Assembly: GCF_006345805.1 (NCBI RefSeq)
Contig: NC_043002.1
Span: 95,976,001-96,040,000 of the forward strand
Direction: 5' to 3'
Length of the DNA: 64,000 nucleotides
Source of the DNA: Octopus sinensis
Lineage: Eukaryota
The position numbers and the translations under genes are program-made. The notes under the pieces are model-generated. The model did no database searches, was not told where the DNA came from, and saw only the letters and a list, made by a program, of their open reading frames with translations. Positions 51,876-63,309 of the stretch are shown here, one piece after another. The number at the start of each line of letters is the position of its first letter. Position 1 is the stretch's first letter.

Positions 51876-54225
51876 GGATCTTTTCGGTTTGGGTTAATAT
51901 AGGGCGTAACAAATATCAGAAAATCAAAAAAAAAATGTGTGTAATAGGTGTAAAACAACTTCCTATGAAAGAATATGAAAAAAAAAATTCGCGCACGCGA
52001 AAGGGGGGTGGCGGAGAGGCCTCGGAATATTCACATCAGGAAGTTCCGAAAGCGTCTGAGGGGCTGACCCGGGCACCAAAACAAAAAAAAAATAGTGTAA
52101 TATGTGTAAAACAACTTGCTCTAAACGAATATGACAAAAAAAAATGCGCTCTCGAGAAAGAGGGGTGGGGGAGAGGCCTCGGAATATTTATATCGGGAAT
52201 TTCCGAAAGCGTCTGAACCGGGCACAAAAACAAAAACAAAAACAGCGTAATAGGTGTAAAACAACTTGCTCTAAACGACTATCATGAAAAAAATGCGCGC
52301 TCGCGAAAGGGGGGTGGGGGAGAGGCTTCGGAAATTTCACATCTTCAGTCCACGGCCTTTAAACTAAGAAAAAATAGTGTAATTGGTGTAAAACTACTTG
52401 TTCTAAACGAGTATCAAGAACACACACTCACACATGAATCATAAACTCCGTATTTCGCAAAAAAAATAAATAAAGAGAAGAAATTCTGGAAAAAGTGAAG
52501 AAATGTTGGATCTCCGCCATGTGAATCAAAATACGTGTCAGAAACATCTTGAAATACTACAGAAATTATGTTACGAAAATGATAATGTATACATACCTCT
52601 TTGAGTGGTCCATTTATAATGATGATAAAGAAATGAGTTGGATTTGAACTCAGAATATTGACTAGCACAACTACATACTACAAGACTCAAAATATTCAGC
52701 CAAGTCACCACCCTTTAACTAGCAATAATAATAACATCAATAACATAACAGCCAAAGATTTATTTGTTCTGAAAATAACAATCATAGTAAATAAATATGT
52801 TCTTTAATATTCACATTCATGTGCACAGTTAAACACACTTACATACAACAGTCACGCATGCATAATACAGAACGGAACACATAAATGAAGGATGCATTAC
52901 TTAGTATATATTACATCTAGAGAATTTTGATTAATAAGTCAAATATGCAAATTATAAAGATAATTAATTGCTTTACTAAACAGTGTTGTAAAGGTGAAAA
53001 AATAAATTTGGGAAAAAAATACACGCCAAAACTAATTAATAAAGGATAATTAGGGAAGGATTGACACAAAATAATAATTTTTTCTGTCTCTTTTTTTCTG
53101 ATAAATGCATCTTAATAAGTGAGAAGAATTGCATATATCTGAACTATTTCAAAGAAAAGCATAAATTTAATGTTTAAAATAGCTTTAACCAAGGAATGAG
53201 ATCCAACATTTCTTCACTTTTTCCAGAATTTCTTTTCTTTATTTTTTTTTTTTTTGCGAAATACGGAGTTTATGATTCATGTGTGAGTGTGTGTTCTTGA
53301 TACTCGTTTAGAACAAGTAGTTTTACACCAATTACACTATTTTTTCTTAGTTTAAAGGCCGTGGACTGAAGATGTGAAATTTCCGAAGCCTCTCCCCCAC
53401 CCCCCTTTCGCGAGCGCGCATTTTTTTCATGATAGTCGTTTAGAGCAAGTTGTTTTACACCTATTACGCTGTTTTGTTTTTGTTTTTGTGCCCGGTTCAG
53501 ACGCTTTCGGAAATTCCCGATATAAATATTCGAGGCCTCTCCCCCACCCCTCTTTCGCGAGAGCGCATTTTTTTTGTCATATTCGTTTAGAGCAAGTTGT
53601 TTTACACATATTACACTATTTTTTTTTTGTTTTGGTGCCCGGGTCAGCTCTCAGACGCGTTCGGAACTTCCCGATGTGAATTTTCCGAGGCCTCTCCGCC
53701 ACCCCCCTTTCGCGTGCGCGAATTTTTTTTTTCATATTCGTTCATAGGAAGTTGTTTTACACCTATTACACACATTTTTTTTTTGATTTTCTGATATTTG
53801 TTACGCCCTATATTAACCTCGGTTTGAACGGCAGTTTTTAACATAATTTCTAGGTAACTAAAAAATTATAAACTTCGTATACTGGTAGAATGTGTTTATA
53901 AAACATCTTTTTCTCTTGGCTTTATTGAGAAAATTCTATAGCTTGTAAGATATTTGTTGTTTTTTTCCTTCAATTTCTGCAATTTCAATCAATCACTGAC
54001 GTCTATTGAGGTAAAAAAAACACATTCTGTGCCGTATGAATATGTCCCTCGTTTAAGAAACAGATTGGGTTTATTTACATTTGTGAAGAAAAAAAGATAC
54101 CCTTCCCCCCACCCCTAACCCTAAAACAGATTGAAATGCAATAGATCGATACTAGGGTCATAATTATGGGTGACAATTTCATATGACACCGCTAGAAAAA
54201 ACTGGCGTTCAAACCGAAAAGATCC
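51876..54225. mobile_element. GGATC-terminated MITE, copy 3, split by a foldback insertion
   Basis: 8-bp TSD acactgtg (51868-51875 / 54226-54233); left TIR interrupted after tcggtttg. Confidence 0.92.
51892..53818. mobile_element. 1.9-kb foldback-type non-autonomous DNA transposon
   Basis: About 620-bp inverted arms 51892-52514 / 53198-53818 built of about 155-bp subrepeats; starts GGTTAATATAGGGCG; 8-bp TSD tcggtttg (51884-51891 / 53819-53826). Confidence 0.93.
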
Positions 54226-54583
54226 ACACTGTGCATTGTTTTGCACAATACAAGTGGGAACACTAATAAAGTCTTAATTATAAAATTTGCATCATGTTTC
54301 CTCTCTTCAACAGACGAACAATTTTATAGTCCTAGAATTTTGTTATGACGTTGTTTACGATTACTAAATCAACCCCATTATCAGACCGATCTTTTATGTG
54401 ACTATATGATTGAAATGAGATTCTTAAAAGTGCTTTGCAAATTCAGCAATTTACATTTTAAATTTATAATGTGGCATCTTGGGCAAATGTCTTCTACCCT
54501 AGCCCTGAGCCAACCAAAGCCTTGTGAGTGGATTTGGCTACAGAAACTGAAAGAAGCCCATCATAAACGTATATATGTATATA

Positions 54584-54792
54584 AAGTTAATCCAAACAAG
54601 AAAGCACAAAAAAACACAACAACGCGAGGACGTGGAACAAATATAGTATTATTGGAAGCTCAGGAAAGAAGGAGGGTTTAACGTTTCGAGCGGAGCTCTT
54701 CGTCGGAAACATAGGAGAAGGAAAGATCCAGAGAAGGGAAGACAGAGGGGAAAAAAAAAATTGCCAACGGTACGCACGAGGTCACATTTTGG
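54584..54792 (-). mobile_element. short Penelope-like terminal remnant with a variant hammerhead motif
   Basis: Minus strand tttCCGACGAa-gagc-tcc-gctc-GAAAC-gtta; sits in the (TA)n of a SINE. Confidence 0.5.
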
Positions 54793-55347
54793 ATATATAT
54801 ATACATATGTGTGTGAGTGTGTATGTCTCTTCTTGTCTTGGCATAGCATAGTTGTAAATGAGTGTCACTGTCATACAAGCAGTTTCATCATTTCCGGCCA
54901 CAGGGAAATTATTACCTTACTTGGAAGAAAGTAGGAGGGGGAGTTGGTGACAGGAAGGGCATCAGACAATAGACAATCTGCCTCATTAAATTCTCCCCAA
55001 TCCATGCAAGCATGGCAAAATAGATGTCAATATCATGATGATGTATGAGAAGAAATAAAATCTAACTGAATTATGTGCATGTAAGTGGCTGGGCACTTAC
55101 ATGTATATCTATATATTTCTTTACTACCCACAAGGGGCTAAACATAGAGGGACAAACAAGGACAGACAGAGGGATTAAGTCGATTACATCGACCCCAGTG
55201 CGAAACTGGTACTTTATTTATCGACCCCGAAAGGATGAAAGGCAAAGTCAACCTCGGCGGAGTTTTTGAGCTCAGAACGTAACGACAGACGAAATACCGC
55301 TAAGCATTTCGGCCGGCACGCTAACATATATATATATATAAAAAAGC

Positions 55348-57237
55348 AACCACTCCGTGAGTGTAGTGGGTGCTTTTTACGTGCCACCTGCACAGGTGCC
55401 AGGCGAGGCTGGCAACGGCCACGGTTGGATTGGTGTATTTTATGTGCCACCGGCACGGAAGCCAGTCGAGGCGGTGCTGGCATCGGCCACGAGTCGGATA
55501 GTGCTTTTACGTACACCAGACCAGGGATCCTGGCTGGTTCAATTCGATTTCAATTTCACTTGCCCCAACATGTCTTCACAAGCAAAGGGGGTTGGCATGG
55601 GTGCCTGTCGTATGGTCGGATTGGAGTATTTACGTGCCACGGCCACGAGTCGGATAGTGCTTTTACGTACCACACCAGACCAGGGATCCTGGCTGGTTCA
55701 ATTCGTTTCGATTTCGCTTGCCCCAACATGTCTTCGCAAGCAGGGGGGGTTGGCATGGTGTCTGTCGTCGGATGAGGTTCTATATCGACTTCGCCTGCCT
55801 CAACAGGTCTTTGTGTCCAAGGGAGGAAAGGCATTCATAAGTGGGCTGGGCTCACTTGTCCTGCCTGGTCTTCTCACGTACAGAATATTTCCAAAGGTCT
55901 CGGTCGCTGGTCATTTCCTCAGTGAGGCCTAAAGTTCGAAGGTCGTGCTTCACCACCTCGTCCCAGGTTTTCCTGGGTCTACCTCTTCCACGGGTTCCCT
56001 CAACTGCTAGGGATTGGCACTTTCTCACACACCTATCTTCATCCATTCTCGCCACATGACCATACCAGCGCAATCGTCTCTCTTGCACACCACAACTGAT
56101 GCTTCTTAGGTACAACATTTCTCTCAAGGTGCTAACACTCTGTCGAGTATGTACACTGACATTACACATCCATCGGAGCATACTGGCTTCATTCCTCACG
56201 AGCTTACGCATGTCCTCAGCAGTCATGGCCCATGTTTCACTGCCATGTAGCATGGCTGTTCGTACACACGCATCATACAGTCTGCCTTTTACTCTGAGCG
56301 AGAGGCCTTTAGTCACCAGCAGAGGTAAGAGCTCCCTAAACTTTGCCCAGGCTATCTTATTCTAGCAGTTACACTTTCAGCGCACCACACCCACTACTGA
56401 CTTGGTCACCTAGATAATGGAAGCTATCAACTACTTCTAGTTTTTCCCCCTGGAAAGTGACGGAAGTTGTTTTCTGCAGATTTTCGGAGGTTAATGCTCC
56501 CGAGCATCTGCCACATACAAAAAACTATCTTCCCAGTTAGCCTACCTTTGACATTGCTGCACCTCTTATGTGTCCATAGCTTACACTGGGTACATCTTAT
56601 AGAGTTTCTACCTACACCTTTTCTACAGATCGAGCAGGGCCATCTTCCTGAAGACATTTGTGGATTGTCTACCTTCCTACTTATTAGTACTTTGGTTTTA
56701 GCTAGGTTGACTCTAAGGCCCCTCGATTCTAAACCCTCCTTCCACACTGGAACTTCTCCTCCAGTTCTGATAGTGACTCAGCAATAAGAGCAAGGTCGTC
56801 AGCGTAGAGGAGCTCCCAGGGATAGCCTGTCTTGAATTCCTCCGTAATTGCCTGGAGTACTATGATAAATAGGAGGGGGCTGAGTACTGAACCCTGGTGG
56901 ACCCCAACCTCTACTTTGATTCTTCTGTGTACATGTTGCCAACCTAACCTTACTTACGGCATCTCTGTACATGGCTTGCACAGTCCTCACCAGCCATTCA
57001 TCTATCCCTAGTTTCCTCATTGACCACCAGATAAGGGATCGGGGGACCCTATCAAAAGCTTTCTCCATGTCAACGAAAGCCAGGTACAGGGGCTTATCTT
57101 TGGCTAGGTATTTCTCCTGCAGCTGCCTTACCAGGAATATAGCATCAGTGGTACTTTTCCCTGGCATGAACCCAAACTGCATCTCATCTAAACTAACTCT
57201 CTCTCTAATTAGTTGGGCTATGACCCTCTCCGTAACC
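55348..57237 (-). mobile_element. RTE-clade LINE fragment (RT, Cys/His finger, C-terminus, part of 3' UTR)
   Basis: QFGFMPGKSTTDAIF..LAFVDMEKAFDRVPR; WELLYADDL; HGSETW; RRLRWYGHVARM; RGRGRPRKTW; frameshifts. Confidence 0.95.
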
Positions 57238-58440
57238 GCGTGATCTCAACATAGTTGGAAAACTGGGAGAATGGCTTCATGACTTTCTGAAAGATAGAAG
57301 TCAGGTGGTAGTAGCCAATGGGGCCACTTCCATTAACACGCAAATAGTGAGCGGTGTTCCGCAGGGCACTGTTCTGGGACCACTACTGTTCATAATGGCC
57401 CTCTCAGACATGCCCTCAGCCACGCAGAGAGCCACAATCACAAGTTATGCAGATGATACAAAAGTTTCACAGGCAATACAGAACCCTGAGGACATTAAAC
57501 GCCTGCAATGTGAGCTGGACAAAATATACAAGTGGGCTGAAAAGAATAGCATGCAGTTCAATGCTGAAAAGTTTCAAGCTTTATACTATCAGCATGCAAA
57601 ACTAAATGCAATACCCAATGAATACACTGGACCCGGAGGAATAGCAATCCCAGAGGCACGACAAGTGTGTGACCTGGGTATTTACATGAGTGATGACGCA
57701 ACCTTTCGTGTACATGTTGCTAAATTGGCAATGAAATGTAGACGACTGGCCGGATGGATTCTCAGAACCTTTAGAACAAGAGAACAAGAAACCATGATGG
57801 TCCTCTGGAGGACACTTGTCCTAAGCCACTTTGACTATTGCTCTCAGTTATGGTCACCATCAGTGTCAAGTTGATCACAGAGCTCGAGGCGATCCAGCGT
57901 AGCTACACGAAGAAGATAGCCTCTATGCAGAATGTAAGCTACTGGGAAAGACTCAAGAGATTAAAACTATATTCCTTGGAGCGTAGGCGGGAAAGATATG
58001 CCATAATATACATCTGGAAGATTCTGGAGGGACGTGTCCCAAACTTTGCATCGAGAGTTACACAAATGCCAGAACTGGGTGCCACTGCGTGGTGCCTAGG
58101 ACTCCAAATTTGCCATCAAGATGTAGGACAAGATACTGTGATAGCCTGGGCTTCCGAGGCCCACAGCTCTTCAATATCCTCCCGAAGAACCTGAGAGACC
58201 TGCATGGGGTGGATGCAGATGTCTTTAAAATGAAACTGGATCTCTTCCTGTCAGGTGTCCCAGATGAACCAACTTCACGGCAGGAGGTGCAGATGAGGGC
58301 AGCTGCATTGAACTCTCTCATGCACCAAATGGCAATTGCTAAAAAGCTTTCGTGAAGTAAAACCAAGTAGCAACACCAAATGGCGGTGCCCCAGCATGGC
58401 CACAGCTCATGATGAAACAGAATCAATCAATCAATCAATC
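57238..58440 (+). mobile_element. 5'-truncated CR1/L2-group LINE (RT to 3' end, (AATC)n tail)
   Basis: SGVPQGTVLGPLLF, YADD, DLGI, DYCSQLWSP, LYSLERRRER; aatcaatcaatc tail. Confidence 0.93.
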
Positions 58441-58473
<33 letters not shown>

Positions 58474-58488
58474 ATATATAATATATAT

Positions 58489-58537
<49 letters not shown>

Positions 58538-58607
58538 ATATATAACATTATTGGTGAATTGAAGAAATGGAGCTGAACGCAGATTGAACAGAAATCGTTT
58601 TATTTCA

Positions 58608-58688
58608 TTCTACACGTTTCGAAAGGCACAAATTACCAAAATCCGATGAATAATGGGACCATATTGGTCTTTCTCTTCAGGAAGAAAA
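58608..58688 (-). ncRNA. hammerhead ribozyme motif in the Penelope pLTR (minus copy)
   Basis: ttc-CTGAAGA-gaaag...ctttc-GAAAC-gt-GTA-gaa on minus. Confidence 0.65.
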
Positions 58689-61112
58689 AAGGAAATCCGT
58701 TGGAAAACAAAAACAGAACAGAGGCGGAGCAAAAAACAAATCGAACTGTGCTCCTAAGAGCCCATGGCGAAACTGTTTATCAGTGTATGTTGAGAACCGG
58801 TGGCTGAAGAATTCAACGGGTCAGGCATCGGCAATCATGGGGTGAGGGTGTATAGATGTTCTTTGTGACCGAGAATAAAGTTTGACTATTTAAAGAATAT
58901 TGGATGTTTTATAAGGGGCGAGAAAAAATCTACTTAGAGACGTGGTGTGTGTATTACTGTTCTATATATGTGTGTGTTGGCGTCGGGTAGAAAAATTTTT
59001 TGTGTACGTGTGTGCGTTTGATCGTTCGGCTGCAGGACTTACTGCGTGATAACCGTTGGGTGGCAGAAAGAAAAAAAGAAAAAAAATATATATATATATT
59101 ATGTTTTATGTGTGTGGTGTTCATCTAAGCCTGCCTTGTCAAGGAAACCCCCGCTGTGAAAAAATCAAGCCCCGTTTGTCTTACAGGAGTAATTCCCCTT
59201 GCAGTGGTTAATCGTAGATATCTTAAAGGCTATTTCAGAATTGTTACCAAGGGCTATGGGTGCCGGTATTATTATAAACGCTATTTAAAGGCCAGATAGT
59301 GTAACGCCGCCAATGGGGGCATCGAAAAGCCGACTGTAAGAGCCCGTTTACCATCCGGCCTCTGGTAAACAAAATATGGAAGAGTTCGGAGACACAAAGG
59401 TTGCACTGTCTTCTGCCCCTATCAAATGGGAGGGCCACCGACAAAATTGACCATTCCAGCCTATAGCTTAAGTTCGCATCCTCAGTCGCCATATTAGCTT
59501 ACTGAGTCCCGTGGTCTGGCGCTTGTTCACGTCCCGAAAAGTTGCGTAATGGTTGGAGACACGCAAAGACAATCTTGAGGATGATGCCCCTACATAAGTG
59601 AAGGCATCTGAGTCCGGTAAACCTTGCATTGGTAGACGGCGTTTTTGATCTTGGAGTTCACCGACGAGAATCTTAATCTGCTAGGATTGGTTTCTGAAAT
59701 TAGAACTGCGTTCCTGTCACTATATTCGTTCCGAGACTGCAGCGCTTACTACTCTATTTTCCACTACGTCACTATTAACTATAGGAATAACCCCTGATTC
59801 TCCACTATCTATCAGAGTGCTGTCATTGCTACTGCCCGTGGTACTGCTATTGCGGGAAATGATGCTGGGGATGCTAATGGGGCTCTCTACCCTACTCCCA
59901 TTGTTACCGTCAACCACAACACCCCTATTATAACTATACCCCTAGTGGGTACTCCCTGGCTGGAGCTGAGATTATGTGTCACTGTACTGGCTCTCATATC
60001 ATTATTACTACTATAATTATTCCTACTGAGCATTAAACCGGGAGCGGAAGAGGCTGTGCCTCCGGAAAAAGGTGATAGGGTCTAGTAAGTAGCCTATTAT
60101 TATGGGAGGCGATTATCTGGGCGAGGTTTTTAGTGTTGGAGAAAGCTATCCTAACTTTATGTGAGTTAACCGTGGAGTAATATTGGAATTTCTGGGGAAG
60201 TATGGCGATGGCATGTCTAAACATGAGGGGGAGGTTAGTTCTAATCTGCTTACCAAAGGGGATTACAAACCATATATGCTTATTCCTATCAGTGTGATGG
60301 GTCGGACGCCAGCTCTCGCATTCGGGTGGGTGATTCTCGGATGAATAAGGGTCTTGGGTTAGTGTAAGACCTCCCGGACCGATAATTATCCTTGTTCGCT
60401 AAATTAAATGCGGGAGCGACTACCCCGGCATCCGCCGCGCTCCCGTCCTTACTTAAATGTTAATGTTATTATATACGGCCCTATCCTGATGACCGAATGA
60501 TGGCATCGGAAGGGCCGGATCAATATAAATTACCTTCTGCCTATAACCGGCCTTGGATAGTGCGGCGTTATAAAATTCCGCTTTCTGCATAAAAATATCG
60601 GCACTGGCGGACAAGCCAGACAATCTTAGAGAGATGTTTTTAACAAATTGTCTGTTATGGTTTTGGCATGATTTGAGAAGACACTGACATACTTCAAATT
60701 AGTGGAAGGCTTATGGTAAGGGCAGTATGAGGTTAATAAACATCCAATAAAGAATATTGGATGTTTATAAGGGGCGAGAAAAAATCTACTTAGAGACGTG
60801 TGTGTGTGTATACTGTTCTATATATGTGTGTGTTGGCGTAGGGGTATACACACACACACGTCTCTAAGTAGATTTTTCTCGCCCCTTATAAAACATCCAT
60901 ATTCTTTAAATAGTCAGAACTTATTCTCGGTCACAAAGGAACATCTATACACCCTCACCCACATGATTGACCGATGCCTGACCGTTGAATTCTTCAGCCA
61001 CCGGTTCTCAACATACACTGATAAACAGTTTCGCCATGGGCTCTTAGGAGCACAGTTCGATTGTTTTTTGCTCCGCCTCTGTTCTGTTTTTGTTTTTCCA
61101 ACGGATTTCCTT

Positions 61113-61198
61113 TTTCTTCCTGAAGAGAAAGACACAATATGGTCCCATTATTCAATCGGATTTTGGTAATTTGTGCCTTTCGAAACACGTGTAGAATG
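61113..61198 (+). ncRNA. hammerhead ribozyme motif in the Penelope pLTR (plus copy)
   Basis: CTGAAGA 61120-61126; stem II gaaagacacaa/ttgtgcctttc; GAAAC 61182-61186; palindromic acacgtgt, then GTA. Confidence 0.65.
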
Positions 61199-61412
61199 AA
61201 ATAAAACGATTTCTGTTCAATCTGCGTTCAGCTCCATTTCTTCAATTCACCAATAATGTTTATTTCAATTATCCGCACCAACGCACGGTTGCAACGCCAG
61301 ATGGTTGTACCTCCAACCGTGCTGTTTACTGCTGTGATTTTTGCTACTAAGGTATCGGTTAAACTTTTGATTAATCTACTACAAGATTATTCATCTTTCT
61401 ATTTCACAAAAT

Positions 61413-61503
61413 TATATATATATATATGTATGTATATATATATATATGTATATATGTATATATATATATATATGTATATAATATATATATATATGTATAT
61501 ATG

Positions 61504-61534
<31 letters not shown>

Positions 61535-61713
61535 ATATATGAATATATATATATATCTATATATGTATATATATATATATATAATATATATATAGTTATC
61601 GCCATACTAATATGGCATTCTTATAAAAATATAGTATGGCGATATACATATTATTTTCCGGGAACGCTGCCGCTGTTCTCTTTTAGAGAGACTTAGTAAT
61701 TTAATATTTCTAT

Positions 61714-61746
<33 letters not shown>

Positions 61747-61809
61747 ATATATTATATATCTATATATGTATATATATATATATATATCTATATATGTTAT
61801 GTATATATG

Positions 61810-61844
<35 letters not shown>

Positions 61845-61845
61845 A
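61413..61845. repeat. (TA)n-rich microsatellite block; others at 38525-38565, 38838-38946, 58441-58543
   Basis: direct reading. Confidence 0.9.
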
Positions 61846-62064
61846 TTACCTACACATTAAAAATTAGAAAAAGAGGGGAAAAAAAGAAAAGAAAAGAAAG
61901 ATAAAATAACTGCAAGCTCATAATTCAAATACAAATTTCTCAGTATTACAGCAAACATTCTGTACAATCTATTCTACATACTTCTCCTTAAAAAAAAAAA
62001 ATAATTAAAAGTAATCAACAAAACAAACGAACAAAATAAACTTTAATAAAACATATCCACCAGA

Positions 62065-63309
62065 ATGGCTAGCCACCAAAAATCCAACTAAAACTGGTCT
62101 GATAATGAAATCGACGTTCTTATCAACACATGGCATTGCCTTACCCAAACAGAGAGCATAGGTGCTTCGTGTCTGAACGAAATTGCTAAACGAACATTTC
62201 CCCATTTGCAAACTCGATCTGAACAGCAGATACAAAATAAATTAAAACAAATCGAAGTTGCTTTTAAATTAATAAATAAACACTTCGATAAAGTGAGATG
62301 TGTTTTCTCTTCAACAACAACAACAACAGCTACAGCAACAACAACAACTTCAGCAGCAACAACCTCAGCGGCAACAACAACAACAACCTCAACAACAATA
62401 ACAGATACAGCAACAACAACAACTTCAGCAGCAACAACCTCAGCGGCAACAACAACAGGATGAACCACTCCTTGATTCATCTACAATGGCTGATTTGCTA
62501 AACGAGGGTCACACAGCAGGAAGCACCACCCCTTCCTTTCACGGTCCCAGCAGCTCAATCATCATCACTGTCAACATCATCTCTTCTGCTTACTACTGCT
62601 AGTACTACTCCCACTATGTATCCACAAACATCTTTGTCTACCGCTATCTCATGGAATTGACCTCCTCAATCGTCATCACTGTCAAAATCTCTTCTACCTA
62701 CTACAACTACTACTACTAATGCTATCTCAAGGAATTTACCTCCTACAGGTCACAAAAGTCGCCAAAACCTCAACTATCATCTACACCTCCCACAACTCAA
62801 ACACGCACCTACACACCCACTCGAAACCCCATCATTTGCTGATATTCTCTTCGCCATAGATTATGCACTGATAGAGACTTCAAATTCACCCATTTACCTG
62901 GAACAAAACGCTCTATCCCCACAAACTACAACAGCAACCACCATAATACATACTCTATTACAACACCACCACAACCACCAATATCTCAAACAAGGAATCC
63001 CCAAATCTGCCGCTATTCCCAGCGAGATAGATTGTGTTTGCACAGGGATTGCCCCTTTACCCATCTCCCGGGGACTCGTCGGACAAATGACATTATAAAT
63101 AAAAATAAAAGCAAAAAACCTACGACTCATATAGAAATAACCACTCATATAAAAATAACCACAACCACAGTCACCTACAGTTCCCTAGACAGGAAACCTC
63201 TTCTTCCCCTTTTTTAGCTATAATGAATCTGGCAAAAGAACTGGAAAAAAACATCCGAGCTATCACCCACCACTATCCACCACTATTACCCCACTGCACA
63301 TGCCATTAA
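62065..63309 (+). pseudogene. disrupted ORF1 of a LINE (Myb/SANT-like N-terminus, Thr/Ser-rich linker, two CCCH-type fingers)
   Basis: ATG 62065, premature TAA 62089, WSDNEIDVLINTW..RSEQQIQNKLKQI; later IC*YSLRHRLCTDRDFKFTHLPGTKR and ICRYSQRDRLCLHRDCPFTHLPGTRR; directly precedes ORF2. Confidence 0.65.

Larger units (their letters stand above)
58546..61412 (-). mobile_element. Penelope-like retroelement, 5'-truncated, with inverted pseudo-LTRs
   Basis: Minus: YHKPSTNLKYV..SNH (RT end), IWFVIPFGKQIRTN..VRIAFSNTKNLAQIIASHN, VYQCKV..., WSILS..QCNLCVSE (GIY-YIG); 58546-58960 inverted relative to 60844-61258; flanked by (TA)n. Confidence 0.88.

Noticed and set aside
51689-52216. 175-aa ORF and mirror ORFs at 53374-53844
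   Set aside because: Chance frames across foldback subrepeats; no transposase motifs
61256-61696. YI-rich ORFs (also 38270-38616, 58336-58545, 46786-47022)
   Set aside because: Translations of TA/TACA microsatellites
62088-62480. Val/Ala-rich minus-strand ORF
   Set aside because: Antisense of the (ACA/GCA)n linker in LINE ORF1
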